A stretch of DNA of 64,000 nt from NCBI GenBank assembly GCA_977030845.1, contig OZ365109.1, positions 60,016,001 to 60,080,000 of the forward strand, written 5' to 3'. This stretch comes from Fimbriosthenelais zetlandica (taxonomy: Eukaryota). The notes under the pieces are model-generated. The model was given only the letters and a program-made list of their open reading frames with translations. It had not been told where the DNA came from and did not search any database. The position numbers were made by a program, and so were the translations under genes. How positions within the stretch are numbered: the first letter of the stretch is position 1; the number at the start of each line of letters is the position of its first letter. Positions 56,340-64,000 of this stretch are shown one piece after another.

Positions 56340-58289
56340 ATTGTAATAACGGTCGTCTCCAATGAAAGGCCTCTGAGAGTTGCAGGCATTATTGAATTTC
56401 AAAGCAGCCACGTGGAAGTTATTTTCTGGCACTGGACCTGCCTCTTTCTGTAAAACAATCCATACTTCCTCTGAAATTTTTTGTTGCCGCCGGCCGGTTG
56501 AAACTAACGCCGAACCAGTGTTACATTGTTGAGGCCTTCTCCTCCTTCTTCTCATTTCCCTTCAAAAAGGCCCGGAGGAACTGCGTTCTCATGGCTTGTT
56601 TTGGTTGCATAATTGGAAACCCAATCACCTTGCACTATTTAAGCCCCTGATTGATAACCATCTGACGACGTTAAATGAGTCCATATCTCCAAAAGCATGG
56701 ATACTATCATCATATTTCACTCTTTGTCAAAAAAAAGGATCATAGGGATTGTGAAGGGAGGAATGATTAGTTCAAAAGCAACTCATCCCAGACGCCACTG
56801 ACAGCTTGGATCTTATGACTTGATTGATGCCTACATCAGCCGGACGCATTCCCCAAGCCGTATTCCCCCCATCTCCCAACTTGTATTGGTTCTCAGGAAG
56901 GGCTTTTTAAAGCCTCGGTGAGTGACAGATGTCAGTCAGAGTTGGCGGTGTGTTTTTAAAGCCTCCTCACTGGACTCAGGTTTCCTCGCCAGTCCTTCAA
57001 CTTAGTCATCAGTGCTCAAAATGATCAAACCTAATTAGGCCCCTGCTCCTCCGACTAGTCATTTGTGCCGCCTCTATGATAATTCTACTGTAATTAGGAA
57101 TGGAACCCCTTTCATCTGTTAGCTAACGCCTTTTATTCTTATCTAATGATGCGCGTTTGGAAGGGATTAAATCATCAATATCACCTTGAGGGTGTCTGTA
57201 GCCCAAGACAAATTAATAACAATCAATGGAGAAGCTTACAAGATAATTAGATTAATGACTATGTGGTTTACGATTCAGACTTTGGAATGACTCTTTGGTG
57301 CTATAAGTTACTGAAATGTAACTGGGAAAATGGCTAAGCTGCCTTTTGGCTTTAAACAATGGAATATCTCGACTATCTCAGGATCCTAGTGTTGCTTTAC
57401 AACATCATGAAACTTTCAACTGAAGTTTAGAGCATTCAATGACTACTAAATCTACTCTGCTTTTCCTTGAACGTAACTGTAAATACTAACTTATTCATTC
57501 GTTGCCATTTCTGCACTAGATAAAAACATTGTCTTCTCTCTTGGCCCAAGGCTAGATCTATTGATATCTTTGCTTGGTACACTATCACCCTATCTATACA
57601 CGTGTTTTGTATGCTGTATAGTGTATGTTGTCTGATATCCTTCTTGCGTGATGCAAGTACTTTGTCCTTTGACCGAGAAAAACCAAAGCAAAAAAATGAC
57701 AATCCTCCCCTTGATTCAGCGTCTGGAGAATTTGTCCCCATGGACTCATGCCTTTCATTTGCTATTTTTAGACACCGGCATATCAATACGTCAAAGGTTG
57801 TCCTGTCCGGGCCTTTGCCTGGCTTCACTTTATGTAAATTCAGCCAGGCTCAAGAACTCTCTACACCAGGGCAGCTGATAAGCCCTAGTCTCCAATCCAA
57901 CCAGTTGAAATGTGTGTTTTTGCATCCTCCTTTGTCTCAGGCTTATTCACAGTCAAATACTTCCCTCAGTTTTGCCTCCCTGGATAATTGATCCCACTTT
58001 CAGATTGGAGGGCCAACGTGGCCATTGTAAAAAGAGGAGTTTGTCTCCTTTCATTGGAATAACGAGAGAGCGCGAGATTTTATAGAGTGGCTGATATAAA
58101 ATAATCTCTAATACTGAAAAGTTCCCATCGAATCTCACGAGGAATTTGTCTCAAGTGAGTTGGTGCCACCTTGCGTTGTCTTCGCCAAGAAAATGGTCGA
58201 TACATGGAGCTGATAAAAGGGAAGTGATCAGAGAAATGCCACTGGGACAGCTTGGCCAAGTAATCTTTGTTGCCTTGAGGATATTTTAT

Positions 58290-58480
58290 ACGTTGCCTGA
58301 TAATTACCAAGGCTTCAGACTGTTTGTCTTTCAAGGGATGCCATGCGCTTCCTCCTATAGCTATTTCAACGGCACTTCATTCAAACAGAGAAATAATATA
58401 TTTAATCCTCCCTCTGATGTCACAATTACAGATGACTTGCAAAAAGCTGAATTGTATGCTGATGATAAAAGTGGAAATTT
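58290..58480 (+). mobile_element. Decayed L1/Tx1-clade LINE reverse transcriptase catalytic core
   Basis: ORF 58146..58511 contains FRLFVFQG (QG at 58332) and LYADD (58452-58466), separated by 39 residues. This is the same QG-to-FADD spacing as human L1 ORF2p. The intervening residues are poorly conserved. Confidence 0.5.
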
Positions 58481-61114
58481 GTTTAAAAAATGGGACGTAA
58501 TAGTGTTGTAGTCGCTCCAGGAAATTTGTAAATGAGAAATGCATTTGCATGTCCACATCAATGTGCAGGGAAAATGTCATTTGTGTTAGTGCATTTTACA
58601 TAATAAATCCTCCGATCAAACTCTTTCAAGACATGCGACTATTGTCATTTGCAATAAAAATAATAACCCAAACGTGTGCTTGCTTGCTTTGACATTTCTA
58701 ACTTCATTTAGGATGTATTCAGGTCTTGGAAAGAAAACTGGACTAGTGCATTTCCGTTTCCTCACTAAAAAGGTTCATAAAGCCATAAACACTGGCCTGG
58801 ATTGTGATGTTTGTGATCCCAGGCTGCGTTCAAGACAGGATATAAATATTGGTGATTAGCCTCTTTTTCCCCACTAGGAAATGACATCTAGATGACAGCT
58901 AATCCGTTTCCATTTTGTTGTTCCCATTATTAAAATATATGACGACAGTCACAGGGAATAATATACAGTCCGTAATTATGTTCAGACATGTAAAGGGGAA
59001 AGAAACAATGGGGGAATTCTTTGGCATTGTGCCTCTTCTCGGGGTTATAGTTCATTACTAATTCAATAAGCTTGTTTCAAACTAATAGCATTAGAAATTC
59101 CAGAGAGAAAGGATATGGAGCTCTGTCACATGAGGTGAGGAATGAGGACATACTATAATGGAACATATAAAGTAATATGGACTGGTATCATATGGCACAA
59201 GTTCTGTACATAAACCACGATGCACTACATATATATACTTTCCATACATCCAGGCAACACATGCATGGAAACATAATGCTTTTGTCATTCAGCAACAATT
59301 CATCCTATGAAGGTATCACATGTACATTACTGAGGACATTCAATTGACTTTTATCCGGCATTGACATTAATACTACTGTAGGTAGCATACCGGTCGAGCT
59401 TTATGTCAGAGTGCACAATCTGGCAGGACCTCCGAGACATGTGCCAAACCTTAATTACCAAGCAAACGTTATGTACTAAATCACAGGCCCACCAAATCAT
59501 GCAACATTTAGTCTACCGCTTTATACTGCGGTCTGCCTCAATAGCATGCAGACCCTGCGATACTGCTCGATTGCAATAGAAGCAAGCATTGTCTTCTGAA
59601 TTCTATTGACCCTCATAGAAAATAGCTCAGCCAGTGCTACTCATACAGAGTAGGTAGCGGTTGTTATTAGTTTGTTTTCCCCCTCTCCCTTCGACCTGTC
59701 TGCCATGCCACATTGTGTGACAGAGTGCCATAAGGTACCAGTGCAGGATTTCCATTAGTTAACTTCATGCCAAACATTGCTTCCTGTGGCCAGGCGATGC
59801 TTAGGTGATGGTGTGATCCAGGAAGTCTTTACAGGAACAAATTACACTAACTAGAAACAGGTTTCAGCATTATCTAAATGTCATCTGTGGCAACTTAATT
59901 GATTTGAAATGATAATGTCATACTTATATATACATTATCAGGCAATTATCAGGCAAGTAGGCCTAATGTGATAAATAAAACTGGCGCTTTCCATTTGAGC
60001 GCTAAGACTCTTAGCTCTTAACCATACTGCCAGGATTAATCTTCTTTGATAATGCAAACTGAGTATCTCCAGTAAGTCTGTTCTGGACAAGTTCTGGACT
60101 TTATCACCCACTTGCTACAGCCATTTAGTATGCTGCTACAAAGCGACCTATCCTGGGAGTTGTATTTAACTGAGAACTACTTCGATATTCTGTCAAAGGG
60201 GAAGGAGTTTATGACCTGGTCAGCCACGTGGTCGAGGGAGACATGAATGTCCAAAAAGGTCCATATCGACTTTCATTGGATTAAAGAGTGTAATATAGGG
60301 GTACTCCAGCCCTGATGTTAATCTCTTTGATCCGGTTCTGTATAAATCTCCCCTCTAGGCAGGGCAAAGATATCTCTGATAAGAATGCCACTATTTCTTC
60401 ACCGCTGCTATCAGAGATCCCCTGACCTCATTCGCGGACGGCCTCTGCTCAGTTATAGCAATTGCTAACCACAAACTGCAGGCTCTTCCACTGCTATGAT
60501 TCATAAAGTGACCAAAAGCAAGTGTTATGAAGGATTTGGGGATTTTAGATGCCACGCCCTCAGCCTGGAAAGCACCTATCAAGGCTGCTGACAGGCTGTG
60601 AAAATCGGCAAGATGTGATCCCAGGTTTTTTTTCTCCGGCAGTAAGCACTGATGGCCTTTGCCATCATCACGACTGATTCCACCGGTTCATCTGTGCCGG
60701 CGAAAAGGCCAGTCATGTTTTATACGGGCTTGATGTGGGCTGAGTGGGGAAAAGGAGGCCCATCCTGACTCCACAAAGGAATTTCCGAATTGCCTCACAA
60801 CCTTCATAAACAGTGAGTGGATGGCCGGCTGCGCAATAGATGAAATGGGGGCTTTTGATGCCAATGACAGATGATTCGAAAATGAGATCAAAATGGGCTT
60901 CCGTTTGTATTATGTGGTCGTGTATTTTGTGACCTAGAATTACCAATATCCTACAATGCTACATATAACCAACCATATGCCAATCATGCCTGGATGTGCG
61001 ATCTAGAACTGTTTCGTGATGATCATAGGAAAAAAGTCAGCAATTGTTAAGAGGATAGATTCTGATATGGGCGTGCTCAGATGGCGCTGCCAAGATTGTT
61101 CTCCGTTTTTTCAG

Positions 61115-61142
61115 TGCACCTTTTATGTGCTTCCTCAAAAAG
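61115..61142 (+). other. Candidate 28-nt exon
   Basis: TTGTTCTCCGTTTTTTCAG|TGCACCTTTTATGTGCTTCCTCAAAAAG|GTGAGC. Good acceptor and near-consensus donor; reads CTFYVLPQK in phase 0. Confidence 0.3.
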
Positions 61143-64000
61143 GTGAGCGGAAGGCAGTCGATCATGCAGCACATGGAAAAAATCCTTCCACACAGGAAAA
61201 AAGTCTAGTCCTGAGTCCCTACACAGATTGTTATCATACACAATGTGTATTGATTCTTGCTGAAGATGTGCACATAGTTGTACATCAAAAAAAACTTATC
61301 ACAAAATACTTCAAGCAGTAAATATTGCAGATTCCTTATTTTTATCAGCATGGATATAACATGGTAATCTCTCAGACTGGCTGTGGGGACATTTTGACCA
61401 AAATGTCCAGTTTTTAATAAAAGTTGAGCCCGCGCCCACACCTTTTGAAAAGACTTTCTTTCTTACACTCCTAAAGTGTCACCATTTGCCTTTAGGTGAC
61501 CTTCTCTGACCCCTCTCTCTGAAAGGGCAATGGTACAAGAGGAAGCCTGATGCCCTCCCCAAAAGGTTAACCCTTGTCCGGTATAGGATTCTCCATTCAT
61601 ATCAATGTCCAACTGGATATGCCTCTGCCCATAATACCCCGACAATTGCTACTATTTCGGACTCGTATAATACAATGTATCCGGACCCGTACTTGGTTTT
61701 GGTTCCACATTTTATTCTGTACTGTTGAGTGTAGAAGGGTCTGCCAAGTTGAATGTCGTCTTCTTCATCCATTATTCCTTGGAGATACTAATTGGCCAAA
61801 TATAGGTTCTCTGCCTGCCGGCAATTCTCCAACGAAGCTAGTGTCTCTCATAAATGTATGGAGGCGCCATCACCTTGTGGAAATTACTAAGGTGATTAGT
61901 TTTAGCAGTACAGAGGCTAGAACGTCCCTTATTCACCTCGCACAACAAAGCTGGATGCTCCCTACTGAGAACACCACACTCTCAACAAAACTAAGGCACA
62001 CGCAATGAGATGATGCCTTTGTTTTCCGGAACAGAATAAAGCCACGCCCTGAACAGTGCGTGAATGAGCATCATACCATACATTCATAAGAATCAAGTTT
62101 AACGCTTATTTATAGATCTCTCCCATGAATGAAATTGATCAGGGGGAAGACTGTACATTCCTGTACTAGTAAAATGGCATTCGCTTCCTATAGATGGGAT
62201 TCACATTAGACAGGCAATGTGGCACTATGTCTGATACAATAGAAAAACGATTCCACAAATTTGCAGAATCTGTATAAAAGCAAAGGGATTTTATGGGCAC
62301 GCTATATGTGCAGGTACTTTATTCATAAGGGACAATGCTAATGCCACTGCTGCAAAAATGCCAGGCAGAACCTCACAGAAATGGGCATGCAAATAATCGA
62401 CAATGCTTTTTATGGCGCGGAGCCATAGCAAAAAGCGGGAAAGTTGTTCCATTAGTTACAAATAAAGTGTACATATGGAGAAACCATTGCAATCAGTTTC
62501 ATTCAGCTCGGAGAGTGACAAATAGATTAGAGCCCAACCTCTTCTCACTCAATATTGCCTCTTTCGGAGGGCCGTATTTCACAGTGTTGCTGCGGACTGG
62601 CTGACTGATCGATCATCATTCATATGCTCACTTCTATACATGACCCAAAGCTCCCTGGAGGTTTGGATCTCCAGCTAACAACGACACCGACTGTTACTTA
62701 GACATACTACACTGTCTGCTTGTGGCTTGTTCCCGTGCAGTGACAGGCTGACACACCTCCTGCCTGAGAGTGCAGGGCTATCCAGTGAGCTGAAGAGGGC
62801 ATTGTTATCTCCCCAAGACCTCAGTTTGATGAGGGTATGAATAACCAGCCTGACATGTACAAAAATAGCCCAGTGTACTCCTAGCCGGGAGCTTCCACAG
62901 GCTCATGAAAAATGAATTAGCAGGGATTAAATTTATGTTATATCGCACTCAAGGTCTTTCTTAATAGGGCAATTGCGTGTCACTTTAATGATCCTCTTAG
63001 GGAGGAAGGCATATTTAAATACTCGCTTTGAATACCAATAATCATAAGGTCTCCAGGAATAAATCACATGTCGGGATTTAATACGAGAGTGGCTCATAGC
63101 CCGAGTATTTGTCTGTGCCTTCCAGGCCTGAAAGTTATGAGGACCATCCTTGGGAGTCATCTAATCAAGTGGTACCCTCGGTTGGCCTCAGCCTAGTCTG
63201 CATCTATTAGACATGGCTAGTATGAGGTGAGAGATTAACTGTACTCATTTCTGTAATTATATCCGGTGGGGGTTATATATGCTAAACTTGCCTCCACCTC
63301 TGCCTCCCTGCCGCTGCTTGCTGGAGCCCAGAGCCTGTAGAATCTGGTCCTTGCCTACTCCCCCTGTAAGCCATCCATCACTGGAGACAATCCTTGATGA
63401 ATTGGGTGTCGCTGTAGGTCAGGCGAGACTGTTTGTCAACCCTGCCAGTTGCTTGCTCCGTGCGTAGCGCAAAAAGATATTTTCTCAGCAGTTTTTCCCT
63501 TCCTCTGTGTGCTGTTCGCCCAGACTTTTACGAACTGGCGCCATCTTTAGCTCATTACAGAATCAGATACCATGAAATTATTGCATGCCTTTTTCGCGGC
63601 AATCGCTTCGATTTGCGTTTGGGGATTCTAGTCGGGGGAAGAGGCTAACATTGTTAAGGTTTATAGGGGCATGGCAATCAGATCCCGATATGGGATATTG
63701 CCATCTATGGTGCCTTCCCTGCATAGTGATGTTGTTCCTGGAGGCAGGCAGCTGGAAGGCCAATGTTATAATATCGAATGAATTGTCTCTTATCGCTATC
63801 ACTGCCCATCGATGGGGTCGAACCATGGTTGGACGTGGTGAACAGATAGCAGCATCAGGAGGCGAGTTAACAAAATGAAGCTGGCAGCTGATAGAACATA
63901 GACTATAGAACAGGGCAGGTAGGTGCCCCGGAGAAAGTGTAACAATGGTGTAAGCAGGGGGAAGGTTCCGCGGTGGCCATATTAATAGTTCACCTCCTTA

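Larger units (their letters stand above)
1..64000. other. Non-coding eukaryotic (vertebrate-like) DNA, probably the interior of a very long intron of a plus-strand gene
   Basis: No ORF >151 aa and no recognisable protein in the ORF track. CpG depleted in a spot count. Decayed vertebrate-type retroelement relics. Strong spliceosomal acceptor/donor motifs occur on the plus strand. The intron assignment is inference. Confidence 0.65.

Noticed and set aside
155-63878. The short ORFs of the six-frame track as protein-coding genes
   Set aside because: All are 151 aa or shorter, overlap on both strands, and show no recognisable intact domain or operon-like arrangement. This is what random ORFs in non-coding DNA look like.
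1-64000. tRNA, rRNA, SINE heads, LTR pairs or TIR pairs
   Set aside because: No cloverleaf, A/B-box pair, rRNA-conserved segment or matching terminal repeat pair was recognised by eye. The CCAAT-rich patches (~27820, ~44230) are too short to call as LTRs.

Overview
This is 64 kb of eukaryotic, apparently vertebrate-like, non-coding DNA (intron or intergenic), not a prokaryotic locus. It is moderately AT-rich and CpG-depleted: my spot count gave 10 CpG in the first 600 nt, versus about 26 expected at an eyeballed ~42% GC. The longest six-frame ORF is 151 aa and none is a recognisable intact protein. I found no rRNA, tRNA, CRISPR array, operon or intact transposon. What I can support: one clear 7 x 22-bp minisatellite (22035-22188), and scattered, heavily decayed retroelement/transposon-like peptide relics (L1-clade RT, CR1/L2-type endonuclease, Gypsy integrase/RNase H, DIRS, SWIM finger), recognised by eye at low to moderate confidence. 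The strongest signal is three plus-strand sites where a strong 3' splice site is followed immediately by a consensus 5' splice site (YAG|GTAAGT at 8318/8319, YAG|GTAAGC at 29667/29668, YAG|GTATGT at 40036/40037), each with a second donor 38-69 nt downstream. This is the architecture of recursive splice sites / RS-exons in a giant intron. Recursive splicing is a known process, but three such sites within 32 kb would be dense for a vertebrate. The host gene cannot be identified from this window. The scarcity of young repeats and microsatellites leaves open that the sequence is very old TE debris from a giant genome, or is not natural sequence.
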